64,000 nucleotides of DNA from Bacilli bacterium (GTDB taxonomy: Bacteria; Bacillota_I; Bacilli_A; RFN20; DUOF01). The translations under genes were made by a program, and so were the position numbers. This document shows positions 1 to 8,967 of the stretch, piece after piece. Positions within the stretch are counted from its first letter, which is position 1. Each line of letters begins with the position of its first letter. Under the pieces are notes generated by a model. The model did not search any database. It was not told where the DNA came from and saw nothing but the letters and a program-made list of their open reading frames with translations. The stretch lies in assembly GCA_045128835.1 (NCBI GenBank), contig JBGVRX010000011.1:31548-95547 (forward strand), written 5' to 3'.

Positions 1-49
1 AATAGTTTAAATTATATAATCCAGTAAAAAATATTACTGGGTGAAATAA

Positions 50-340
50 ATGTCAAAAATAAAATGTGAACAAAAAAATTGTAAATACAATAATCATGAT
101 CATTGTTTAAAAAGCAGTATTTATGTAGCCAAAAATGCATTATGTGAATCTTATAAAGAAGGTAAATCTAAAGAAAATCCCGATTTCGAGATTTCTTCCC
201 TAGAAACTTTAGAAAAAAATATAACATGCGAAGCTACAAACTGCGTTCATAACAAAAATCAAAATTGTTCAATTAATAACCTAAATATAGGTAAAAGTAA
301 AACTAATGCTCCTTGCATTGATTTTGAGAAAAGAATATAG
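50..340 (+). CDS. DUF1540-family small Cys-rich protein (two tandem copies of the domain)
   Basis: Two repeats of I-x-C-x4-C-x2-N-x4-C (IKCEQKNCKYNNHDHC / ITCEATNCVHNKNQNC); GGTGA RBS. Confidence 0.75.
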   Translation: MSKIKCEQKNCKYNNHDHCLKSSIYVAKNALCESYKEGKSKENPDFEISSLETLEKNITCEATNCVHNKNQNCSINNLNIGKSKTNAPCIDFEKRI

Positions 341-364
341 AGTCTTCATAAAGAAGACTTTTTT
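341..364 (+). terminator. Rho-independent terminator
   Basis: agtcttc-ataaa-gaagact followed by T-run. Confidence 0.7.
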
Positions 365-409
365 ATTTGTATAAAAACACATTTTGCTTCCTAATGCGCT
401 TTTGAACTA

Positions 410-437
410 ACTTCTAATGATAGTTAATCATATTTTA
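410..437 (+). promoter_or_regulatory. sigmaK-like promoter of the collagen-like gene
   Basis: AC(410-411)-17 nt-CATATTTTA(429-437) matches the B. subtilis sigmaK consensus AC-N17-CATAnnnTA; short motif in AT-rich DNA. Confidence 0.5.
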
Positions 438-457
438 AAGTAGAAGGAGGTGTAAAA

Positions 458-982
458 ATGAATAATAACTGTACAAATCCATTTTTTTATAACTGCTGCA
501 CTACAAGATGTTGCCCTCAAAGAAATACTTGTTGTAATAATGTAGTTGCTATACCTGGGCCACAAGGTCCTGCTGGACAAGCCGCTACCGTTACTGTAGG
601 TTCTACTATTACAGGACTTCCTGGAACTTCAGCAGTTGTAACTAATTCTGGAACAACATCTAATGCCGTACTAAACTTTATTATTCCTGAAGGACAACCA
701 GGAGCAACTGGACCTCAAGGTCCTGCAGGAACTAATGGTACTGCCGCTACTATTACAGTTGGAACAACTACCACAGGAGCCCCAGGAACTCAAGCATCTG
801 TTACAAATGTAGGAACACCAAATGCTGCCGTATTAAACTTTGTCATTCCAGAAGGGCAACCAGGCACTATAACTCCAGGAGTTGCTGTTCCTCTTCTTGA
901 TGCCACAGCAACATTACCTGATGTAATAACTACCGTTAATGCTCTAATAACATCTTTAACCAATGCTGGATTTTTAGCTTAA
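458..982 (+). CDS. Collagen-like putative spore-surface protein with Cys-rich N-terminus
   Basis: GXX triplets (GPQGPAG), duplicated ~40-aa unit (ATVTVGST...NAVLNFIIPEGQPG), CC-rich N-terminus, AAGGAGG RBS. Confidence 0.7.
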   Translation: MNNNCTNPFFYNCCTTRCCPQRNTCCNNVVAIPGPQGPAGQAATVTVGSTITGLPGTSAVVTNSGTTSNAVLNFIIPEGQPGATGPQGPAGTNGTAATITVGTTTTGAPGTQASVTNVGTPNAAVLNFVIPEGQPGTITPGVAVPLLDATATLPDVITTVNALITSLTNAGFLA

Positions 983-983
983 C

Positions 984-1020
984 AAAAAAGGTATAATCAT
1001 TACGGTTATACCTTTTCTTT
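984..1020. terminator. Bidirectional terminator between collagen-like gene and rtcB
   Basis: aaaaggtataat...gttatacctttt inverted repeat with A/T tails between convergent genes. Confidence 0.75.
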
Positions 1021-2274
1021 TTAATCTACTTCTTCTGTAGCTTTATAGTTATATATAGGTGTTATTTGTTCTAATATTTCTACAGTTGGTTTTATACATT
1101 CTTTTATTTCTTCAATTGGTTTATATGCTTGTGGGGCCTCATCTATAGTAGTTACATCTACAGTTGTAGAATAAATATCTTTCATAGAATTTTTGTACTC
1201 CTCCATAGAAATTATCTCTTTTGCCTTTTTTCGAGACATAAGACGACCTGCTCCATGAGGGGCACTACAGTTCCAATCTTCATTTCCTAAACCTTTACAT
1301 ATTAAGCTTCCATCACGCATATTTATAGGAATTAATATCACTTCATCTTTTTGAGCACTAATTGCACCTTTACGGATGATGTTATGTTCTAAATCAATAT
1401 AGTTGTGTAATGTCTCAAAAGAATATAATTCTTCTCCGTTAACAAAGAATTTATCACCTATAACTTCAGCATTACCAAATATACCTTTAACTATCTCATA
1501 AGCCATTTTTTGGCGGCTCATATGAGCATATTTATAGCATACTTTTATATCGTTTAAATATTCTTCCTTATCTTTACCTTCCAAATAGCACAAATCTTTT
1601 TCTATTTCATTGTCTTTAGCTATACGTTTAGCTTCTTTTAAAGCCGCTTCTATTTCTGTAGTTCTTCCTTCTTTCTTTAATTTTTCAATAATTTCTTTAC
1701 GCTCATCTGTAGTTAAATTACCACCATGACAATGGCTAATTGCGCGTTCCATGTAAATTCTTGCTACTTGATTTCCTAAATTACGGCTTCCAGAATGTAC
1801 TACAAGATACTTGTTCCCAACTGAGTCTACATCTATTTCTATAAAGTGATTACCTCCACCTAAAGTTCCTATACCATACTTTATTTGGTTGTTATAGCTT
1901 AAGTATTCAAAGCACTTCATATTTTCTATTTCAGCATATAAATTTTTTAATTCTTCAGTTAGTTCCATCTCTTTGTGAACTTGGAATCCTGATGGTATTT
2001 TATTTTTTACAACCTCATCAACTTTAGCTAAATCCAATTCAATATTGCCCAATTTAACTAAAAGCATTCCGCAATATAAGTCTACTCCAACAATGTTAGG
2101 TATTATTTTATCTCCTATCGTAGAAGTAAACCCTATAACGCATCCTTTACCACTATGAACATCTGGCATAATTCTCACTTTTTCATTTTTAAAAGACTCT
2201 TGATTCATCAATTTATCTAATTGTTCAATAGCGCCTTCCTCTATAGTTTTTGCATAAATCTTTAAATTTTTCAT
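1021..2274 (-). CDS. rtcB: RtcB-family RNA ligase
   Basis: MPDVH, VGVDLYCG, GTLGGGNHF, HSGSR, HNY, RKGA, SAPHGAGR and DEAP-AYK motifs all present. Confidence 0.95.
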   Translation of the reverse strand: MKNLKIYAKTIEEGAIEQLDKLMNQESFKNEKVRIMPDVHSGKGCVIGFTSTIGDKIIPNIVGVDLYCGMLLVKLGNIELDLAKVDEVVKNKIPSGFQVHKEMELTEELKNLYAEIENMKCFEYLSYNNQIKYGIGTLGGGNHFIEIDVDSVGNKYLVVHSGSRNLGNQVARIYMERAISHCHGGNLTTDERKEIIEKLKKEGRTTEIEAALKEAKRIAKDNEIEKDLCYLEGKDKEEYLNDIKVCYKYAHMSRQKMAYEIVKGIFGNAEVIGDKFFVNGEELYSFETLHNYIDLEHNIIRKGAISAQKDEVILIPINMRDGSLICKGLGNEDWNCSAPHGAGRLMSRKKAKEIISMEEYKNSMKDIYSTTVDVTTIDEAPQAYKPIEEIKECIKPTVEILEQITPIYNYKATEEVD

Positions 2275-2387
2275 TTTAGTTCACTCCTTCGACTTACACT
2301 TATATTATATAATGTTAAATTTTATAATTAAATTGTCTTTGAGAAATAATTAATGTACCCTTTTTTTATATATTTTGCATTTATAAT

Positions 2388-2427
2388 TTGATAATATATA
2401 TATAATAATGTACTATTATATTGTACA
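2388..2427 (+). promoter_or_regulatory. sigmaA-like promoter of the WYL gene overlapped by a TGTAC-N9-GTACA inverted repeat
   Basis: TTGATA(2388-2393)-17-TACTAT(2411-2416); inverted repeat at 2409-2427. Confidence 0.45.
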
Positions 2428-2442
2428 AAGGAGGAATTTATT

Positions 2443-3438
2443 ATGGAAAAAATAAAAATAAATTTAACTAATAAATCTTTAAATGACTTAACTAATGACA
2501 TGGTACTTTTTGAATATTTCAAAAAAGATGGCGAAATAAACAAAAATGGTTTTCTAAACGCATTATTGAAAAACTACTTTTCTATCTACGATGCTAAAGC
2601 AACTGAAGAAATAGAAAGATACACTAATATTGTAAGAAATCATGTCTTCCAAGAAAGAAATGCTAACGAACTAATTAATGATTTGATTTCCTCTAGCAAT
2701 TTTTTCTCATTTAATAAGCAAGATATGCTAGATTCATCTATCTCCTTCAAATTAATAAATTCAAATTATAATATATTTAAAATAATAGAAAACAAGTATT
2801 TAAACTATCAAAGTATCTCTTCTTTCTTTAGAAATATGATTGAAAGTTATTTATCATTACCAAAATATAAAAGAGAACAAATAATATACTTACAAACCTA
2901 TGAACTTTTAAATGATTCTATTGAAGATGGAAGAAAAATAAAAGTGTTTTTCAAATCGGGTGAAGATATAGAAATTTATCCTTATTGTGTGTCTACAAGC
3001 AAAGAAGAAATATATAACTATTTACTAGGTATGAATACAACAAAAGATGATAAAAAGCAAGTTGCAAGTATTCATCTATCAAGAATTGATTCAATTTACT
3101 TATTAAAAGAGAAATTCACTTTCAATAAAGAAGAAAAAGAAAAATTAAACGAAGTAGTAAAAAATGGTGCTCAATTTCCGTATACTAATCCTTGCTGTGC
3201 CAAAATCAAATTAACAAAAACAGGGCAAAAACTATACAAGAAAAAATATCTAAACAGACCTGATATAACAAGCATTGAGAATGATATTTATACTTTCAAT
3301 TGCTCATTTGACCAATTGATGATATATTTCTTTGGTTTTGGTAAAGATGCTGAGGTTATTTCACCAAGTTATTTAAAAAATAAATTAAAAGATAAATATT
3401 ATGATGCTTATAAAACTTATTGTGATGACGAAATCTAA
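2443..3438 (+). CDS. WYL-domain regulator (two RHH-like N-terminal units, WYL, WCX)
   Basis: IYPY...YNYLLG...SIHLSRIDSI WYL core; C-terminal YFFGFGKDAEVISPSYLK WCX motif; strand-helix-helix pattern twice in the N-terminal half. Confidence 0.8.
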   Translation: MEKIKINLTNKSLNDLTNDMVLFEYFKKDGEINKNGFLNALLKNYFSIYDAKATEEIERYTNIVRNHVFQERNANELINDLISSSNFFSFNKQDMLDSSISFKLINSNYNIFKIIENKYLNYQSISSFFRNMIESYLSLPKYKREQIIYLQTYELLNDSIEDGRKIKVFFKSGEDIEIYPYCVSTSKEEIYNYLLGMNTTKDDKKQVASIHLSRIDSIYLLKEKFTFNKEEKEKLNEVVKNGAQFPYTNPCCAKIKLTKTGQKLYKKKYLNRPDITSIENDIYTFNCSFDQLMIYFFGFGKDAEVISPSYLKNKLKDKYYDAYKTYCDDEI

Positions 3439-3536
3439 TAACTACAAATTAAAAGATAATTTATTTTTGTTTTCAAATAAGTGATATTGCTTTTTATATA
3501 ATAAAAAAATATGATAAAATACTATCGTTAAAAGGG

Positions 3537-4589
3537 GTGTATTACATGAAAAAATTCTTGTTATGCTTACTAATGTTAATCGTTACTCCAATAAGCGGAT
3601 GTACTATTGACTATTCAAATTTCAAAAAAAGCGATCCAAATGTTCCACTAGTTCAAAATCCAGATGGAACATATACCAAAAACTTCTTAGATTCATCTTG
3701 TTCAAATATTGATGTTTATTATTTAGATTTGCAAGATGATAAACACGAAACAAAAATAGGTGACTCTACATATATTAAATGTGGTAATGTTGACATCCTT
3801 ATTGATGCAGGCGTTAAAAATGTAGGAAGTAATACCGTAGTTCCTTTCTTAAAAGAAAAAGTTACTGATAAAACACTAGAGTTAGTAATTATTACACATA
3901 CAGACAACGATCATATTGGTGGTTTTGTTGGTCTATCATCTAAAGAAGGAGCATTAAGAATAAGTGATTTCACATACGAATATATTATTGAATCTGGGTA
4001 TGTAGCAGACACACAAGTATACAGAGATTTAATGGAATTAGTAACTGAATCTGGCGCTAAAGTGTGTACTGGACACCAATCACTTACTGGCGAAAATGAA
4101 TGTGCTAAATCATTCAAATTAGGAAACGCTACTCTAGATGTTTTAGATACAAGTTTTTACAACGATAACAAAGCATCTGCTAATGATAGATCTATAGTTA
4201 CTCTTCTTACTCATAACGAAGTAACATTCTTATTCCCTGGCGATTTAGAAGATGATGAAGAACTTGCCAAAATTGTGGAACATGTAGATATTTTTAAAGC
4301 AGCACACCATGGTGCAAGTAGCGCCAACTCTTCTGCTTTACTAAACGCTTTAACTCCAGATGTAATAATCCTATCTACAGGACTTGATGGTGTAGAAAAA
4401 TACGATATTCCTCAACAAGCTACTTTAGATAGAATATATGCAGTAACAGACACTGTATACGCAACATTTACAACTGGAACAATTAAAATAACAAGTAACG
4501 GAACAAACTATACTGTAAGTGCTGATAACTTACAACTATTCCAAACAACAGATTGGTTTACTGCAAACAGAACTTACAACGCTTCATAA
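3537..4589 (+). CDS. Lipoprotein with ComEC/Rec2-like metallo-beta-lactamase-fold hydrolase domain
   Basis: Lipobox ISGC; GDS, LIDAG, THTDNDHIGG, N-x-x-S, FPGD and HHG motifs. Confidence 0.8.
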   Translation: MYYMKKFLLCLLMLIVTPISGCTIDYSNFKKSDPNVPLVQNPDGTYTKNFLDSSCSNIDVYYLDLQDDKHETKIGDSTYIKCGNVDILIDAGVKNVGSNTVVPFLKEKVTDKTLELVIITHTDNDHIGGFVGLSSKEGALRISDFTYEYIIESGYVADTQVYRDLMELVTESGAKVCTGHQSLTGENECAKSFKLGNATLDVLDTSFYNDNKASANDRSIVTLLTHNEVTFLFPGDLEDDEELAKIVEHVDIFKAAHHGASSANSSALLNALTPDVIILSTGLDGVEKYDIPQQATLDRIYAVTDTVYATFTTGTIKITSNGTNYTVSADNLQLFQTTDWFTANRTYNAS

Positions 4590-4600
4590 ATTATTTAAAA

Positions 4601-4629
4601 TTGACATTAAACTATTAGTTTAATAAAAT
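4601..4629 (+). promoter_or_regulatory. sigmaA promoter of cysS
   Basis: TTGACA-17-TAAAAT. Confidence 0.7.
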
Positions 4630-4646
4630 ATATTGATGTTAGGAGA

Positions 4647-6062
4647 ATGATAAAAATGAAATTATACAATACATTAACAAGAAAGTTAGAAGAATTTATT
4701 CCTCATGATGAGAATGAAGTAAAAATGTATACTTGTGGACCTACAGTATATCACTTTGCTCATATCGGTAACATGAGAACTTATATTAGTGAAGATATAT
4801 TAGAAAAAGCCTTAGTATTCTTAGGATACAACGTTAAAAGATGTATGAACATTACAGATGTTGGGCACTTAACTAGTGATGGTGACTTTGGAGAAGATAA
4901 AATGGCTGTCGCAGCAAAAAGAGAAAATAAAGGTGTATTAGAAATTGCTAAATATTACACAGACATTTTCTTTCAAGAAATGGACATGTTAAATATAAAA
5001 ATGCCAGAAATCGTATCTAAAGCAACAGACAATATAAAAGAATATGTAAAAATAACAAAAAAATTATTAGAAACTGGATATGCATATAAAGCTGGAGATA
5101 ACATCTATTTTGATGTATCTAAATTCCCTGATTATTACGATTTATCAAAGAAAAAAGCCGACGATTTACAAGTTGGCTCTAGAGATGATGTTGAGTTTGA
5201 TAATCAAAAAAGAAACCAAGCAGACTTCGTTCTATGGTTTAACTCATCAAAATTCGAAAACCACGCATTAAAATGGGAAACTGAACTAGGAACTGGATAC
5301 CCAGGATGGCACATTGAATGTAGTGGTATATCTTTAAAATATTTAGGAGAATACTTAGATATTCACTGTGGAGCAGTTGACGCTATATTCCCTCACCATA
5401 CAAATGAAATCGCACAAAGCGAAGCATATTTAGGACACAAATGGTGTAATTATTGGGTTCACCTAGCATTTTTAAACGATGAAACTGGAAAAATGTCTAA
5501 ATCTAACGGTGAATTTTTAACTGTTTCTAATTTACAAAAAAGAGGATTTAACCCATTAGCGTACCGTTTCTACTGTTTACAATCGCATTACAGAAACACA
5601 TTAACATTTGATTTTGAAAAACTAGAAGCTACTCAAACCGCTTACAACAAACTAGTAAACAAATTAGATGCAATGAAAGCTAATTACAATGAAAATGATA
5701 TAGATGCAACTACATATGACTCTTATATCGCTAAATTCAAAGAGTATTTATCAAATGATTTAAATACTGCTAGTACAATCACATTAATACACGATTTATT
5801 AAAAGAAGATTGCTCTGACAGCACTAAAATAGCTTTAATAAAACAATTTGATACTGTTCTTTCTTTAGATTTATTAAATAAAAAAGAAACTGAAATAGAC
5901 AAAGACTTAGAGGATTATATAAAAGAAATGATAGATAAAAGAAATTTAGCAAAGAAAGATAGAAACTTCGCTTTAGCAGATCAAATAAGAGAAGAATTAA
6001 AAGAAAAAGGAATCTTAATAAAAGATACTCGTGAAGGAACAATTTACGAATTAATTAAATAA
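4647..6062 (+). CDS. cysS: Cysteine--tRNA ligase
   Basis: CGPTVY, HIGN, GYPGWHIEC, FPHH, KMSKS. Confidence 0.97.
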   Translation: MIKMKLYNTLTRKLEEFIPHDENEVKMYTCGPTVYHFAHIGNMRTYISEDILEKALVFLGYNVKRCMNITDVGHLTSDGDFGEDKMAVAAKRENKGVLEIAKYYTDIFFQEMDMLNIKMPEIVSKATDNIKEYVKITKKLLETGYAYKAGDNIYFDVSKFPDYYDLSKKKADDLQVGSRDDVEFDNQKRNQADFVLWFNSSKFENHALKWETELGTGYPGWHIECSGISLKYLGEYLDIHCGAVDAIFPHHTNEIAQSEAYLGHKWCNYWVHLAFLNDETGKMSKSNGEFLTVSNLQKRGFNPLAYRFYCLQSHYRNTLTFDFEKLEATQTAYNKLVNKLDAMKANYNENDIDATTYDSYIAKFKEYLSNDLNTASTITLIHDLLKEDCSDSTKIALIKQFDTVLSLDLLNKKETEIDKDLEDYIKEMIDKRNLAKKDRNFALADQIREELKEKGILIKDTREGTIYELIK

Positions 6063-6066
6063 AACA

Positions 6067-6097
6067 AAAAGGATGCTTAAAACAAAAGCATCCTTTT
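6067..6097. terminator. Bidirectional terminator cysS/efp
   Basis: aaaaggatgctt...aagcatcctttt. Confidence 0.8.
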
Positions 6098-6118
6098 ATA
6101 TTACTTATTATTTTCTTA

Positions 6119-6676
6119 CTATCCTCTAGAATCGTATTCACCAGTTGTTGTATTAATAACAATCATTTCATCTTGTTCAATAAACAATGGCACTCTAAGC
6201 TTAAATCCAGTTTCTAAAACAGCATCTTTAGTTGCTCTAGTAACAGTATCTCCTCTAACAGCACTTGCAGTTTCTGCAACTTGTAATGTAACCTTTGCAG
6301 GCAACTCTATACCAATAACTTCTTGATTAAAGTATGTAATAGTAGCCACTTTATTTGGAACTAAAAAATTAAGTTCCCACTCAAGTCTAGTTTTAGGAAT
6401 ACTAACTTGATCATAACTATCATTATCCATGAAAACAACCATATCGCCTTCATCGTATAAATAAAGCATACTTCTCTTATCTAAGAAAACACCTTCAACT
6501 TTATCTCCTGCTGTATAAGACAACTCAGTAGAAGCGCCACTTCTTAAATTTTTAACTTTAACCTTTATAACCATTTGTCCTCTAGCACTCTTATTTCTAT
6601 TAATATCTAGTACTAAATATAAAACGCCATCATCAACAAATGTAGATCCTGGTTTAAGATCATTAACTAACATCAT
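6119..6676 (-). CDS. efp: Translation elongation factor P
   Basis: GDT, LETG...VPLFI...YDSR C-terminal motifs; 185 aa; modification loop reads KSARG. Confidence 0.95.
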   Translation of the reverse strand: MMLVNDLKPGSTFVDDGVLYLVLDINRNKSARGQMVIKVKVKNLRSGASTELSYTAGDKVEGVFLDKRSMLYLYDEGDMVVFMDNDSYDQVSIPKTRLEWELNFLVPNKVATITYFNQEVIGIELPAKVTLQVAETASAVRGDTVTRATKDAVLETGFKLRVPLFIEQDEMIVINTTTGEYDSRG

Positions 6677-6739
6677 AATTATTACCCTCTCTCTTACCTA
6701 GATATATTAGCAAATTTAGTCTAAAAAAGTAAAGAATAC

Positions 6740-7132
6740 TCACTCAAACACTTTCATTTTTTCCGTTTCAAAAGACAAAGAGTACATAATAAAAACATTA
6801 TTAATAAGAAAATATGAAATAACTGCAAGATAATCACTAAATTCATATTTGCTAGTAGAAAACATAATCATACTAAAAACCAGCCCAATAACTAATCCAA
6901 CAAAAACATACATGCCATAGTTGTTTTTAAAACGAATTACAAATTTATAAAGGAACAATGAAATTATATCTACCAAAACAACAATCAGATTCGCTAAGAA
7001 TAAATTCTCAATATATTTAAAAGGAAATACTTCCAAATAAAAAAAAGATACTATTCTAAAATAAAAATAAAACAAGAACAAAATATTAAAAAACAATAAA
7101 CTCATAAAAATATAACCAAGGAAATTTTTCAT
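6740..7132 (-). CDS. YqhR-like membrane protein
   Basis: Several hydrophobic helices; C-terminal VFIMYSLSFE resembles YqhR (VFIGYSISxE); near efp as in Bacillus. Confidence 0.5.
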   Translation of the reverse strand: MKNFLGYIFMSLLFFNILFLFYFYFRIVSFFYLEVFPFKYIENLFLANLIVVLVDIISLFLYKFVIRFKNNYGMYVFVGLVIGLVFSMIMFSTSKYEFSDYLAVISYFLINNVFIMYSLSFETEKMKVFE

Positions 7133-7172
7133 TTAATCACCACTATTATCTTTTCCTAAAGAATCAAAATCA

Positions 7173-7201
7173 TTGACATAAAAACGCCAAAATATTATCA
7201 T
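7173..7201 (+). promoter_or_regulatory. sigmaA promoter of the ABC exporter operon
   Basis: TTGACA-17-TATCAT. Confidence 0.65.
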
Positions 7202-7245
7202 TTAATTATCAAATGCCTATCCAATTTTTTTGGAGGGCTTTTTTT

Positions 7246-8967
7246 ATGAAAATTTTACTAAATGAACTTAAAAAATATAAAATATCTATATTTTTAATTC
7301 TTGTAGGAACTTATATAAGCACTACTTTTGAATTAACATTACCCCTATTACTAGCAAATGCATTAAATGTAGGAATAATTCAAAGTTATGGACTAAACTA
7401 CATAAAAATGATTGCAATAATGATGCTTACATTAATTATTATAAGTGTCTTATTAAATTTAATAGTAAATTATCTAATTATAAAAATAAGCACTTACTGT
7501 GCTTGTAATATTAGAAATAATTTATTCTCTAAAGTACTAACACTTAAAATTAATGAATTTAAAAACTTTCCTGTATCTTCGCTTATAACTAGAACAAATC
7601 AAGATGTAGATCAAATCAAAAGTTTTATAGTATCTTTCCTTTCTACTATATTCAAAGGCCCTATTTTATTAATCAGTTGTATTACTGTCTTAAAAACACT
7701 AAATTCTTCATTCCTTGTTTTGATTATAGTGTCAGTCATAATTCTTTTACTATTTCTAGCAATTATGATATATAAATTACTTCCTATTTCAAAGAAAATA
7801 GAATTATCATTAGACAGCTTAAACAAACATTTAAATGAAAAAATATCTGGATATAAACTTATAAAAAGTTACAATAACCTAGAATTAGAAAATAACAAGT
7901 TTGAAAAAGAAAATGAAAATCATTTGTTATTATCAAAAAAAATCATAAAATATTCCTCTTTTATCAATCCTTTTTTAAATTTAATCGTTAATTCAATAAC
8001 AATTATTATCTTATCAATGAGTCTTAGTTTAATTAAAACTAATTCAATGGAAGCAGGAACAATAATTGCTACTATCCAATATATTCTTCAACTACTTTTA
8101 TCAATAGTAATGATTTCACTTCTTGCTATAAACATACCTACAATAAGAATATCATTAAATAGAATTGAAGAAGTATTAAATGCCTCTAGTTTTGAAGTAG
8201 AAACAAGCAATAAAGAATTAAATATAAATTCAATATCATTCAACGATTTAAATTTTTCTTATACTAAAACTTGTCCCCTATTAAAAGATATATCATTTAC
8301 AATAAACAAAGGTGAAAATTTAGGAATACTAGGATTAAATGGAAGTGGCAAATCTACAATTTTCAAACTACTAATGAAAGAATTAGAGTTAGAAAAAGGT
8401 TCAATCAAAATAAATGAAACCGATATTAATGAACTAACAAGAAAAAGTATAACAAACGCAATAACTTATATACCTCAAAAGCCATATATTTTAAAAGGAT
8501 CAATATTAGAAAATATAGCATTCGCCAATAATAAATTAAACATGAACGATATTTCAAAAATAGTTCATACATGTAACCTAGAAAACTTCATATTGGAGAA
8601 AAAAGAACAATTAAACTATCTTTTACAAGAAGATGGTGCTAACCTCTCTGGTGGGCAAAAACAAAGAATCTCGCTAGCTAGAGCGTTAGCAAGAAACAAA
8701 GACTTTCTAATTCTTGATGAACCATTTAGTGCCCTAGACTATCAAACAGAAAAAGAAATAACACAAAAGTTAGATACCTATTATAAAGAAACAACTTTTG
8801 TAATAATTTCCCAAAGAATATCATCTATACTAAAATGCAATCAAATTATAGTGCTAGATGATGGCAAAATTATAGCTAAAGGATCTCACGAAGAACTACT
8901 AAACAATTGCAAACTATACAAAGAAATATTTTCGCTTCAAAAGGAGGCTATAGAATATGACATTTAA
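7246..8967 (+). CDS. Heterodimeric ABC exporter subunit A (TMD+NBD, degenerate H-switch)
   Basis: Transmembrane domain, GLNGSGKS, LSGGQ, ILDE, SQR instead of AHR; start moved to the ATG after GGAGG. Confidence 0.9.
   Translation: MKILLNELKKYKISIFLILVGTYISTTFELTLPLLLANALNVGIIQSYGLNYIKMIAIMMLTLIIISVLLNLIVNYLIIKISTYCACNIRNNLFSKVLTLKINEFKNFPVSSLITRTNQDVDQIKSFIVSFLSTIFKGPILLISCITVLKTLNSSFLVLIIVSVIILLLFLAIMIYKLLPISKKIELSLDSLNKHLNEKISGYKLIKSYNNLELENNKFEKENENHLLLSKKIIKYSSFINPFLNLIVNSITIIILSMSLSLIKTNSMEAGTIIATIQYILQLLLSIVMISLLAINIPTIRISLNRIEEVLNASSFEVETSNKELNINSISFNDLNFSYTKTCPLLKDISFTINKGENLGILGLNGSGKSTIFKLLMKELELEKGSIKINETDINELTRKSITNAITYIPQKPYILKGSILENIAFANNKLNMNDISKIVHTCNLENFILEKKEQLNYLLQEDGANLSGGQKQRISLARALARNKDFLILDEPFSALDYQTEKEITQKLDTYYKETTFVIISQRISSILKCNQIIVLDDGKIIAKGSHEELLNNCKLYKEIFSLQKEAIEYDI

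Noticed and set aside
5-33. Possible sigmaF/sigmaG promoter before the DUF1540 gene
   Set aside because: Weak match at the window edge in very AT-rich DNA.
550-870. Repeated DNA in the collagen-like gene as a possible CRISPR array or repeat element
   Set aside because: The repeats are protein-level and diverge at synonymous sites; there is no repeat-spacer pattern and no cas gene.
2288-2294. Near Spo0A box (TTCGACT) by the rtcB RBS
   Set aside because: One mismatch and no supporting context.
2443-3438. WYL gene as part of a Cas13d locus
   Set aside because: No HEPN effector or array is present in the window.
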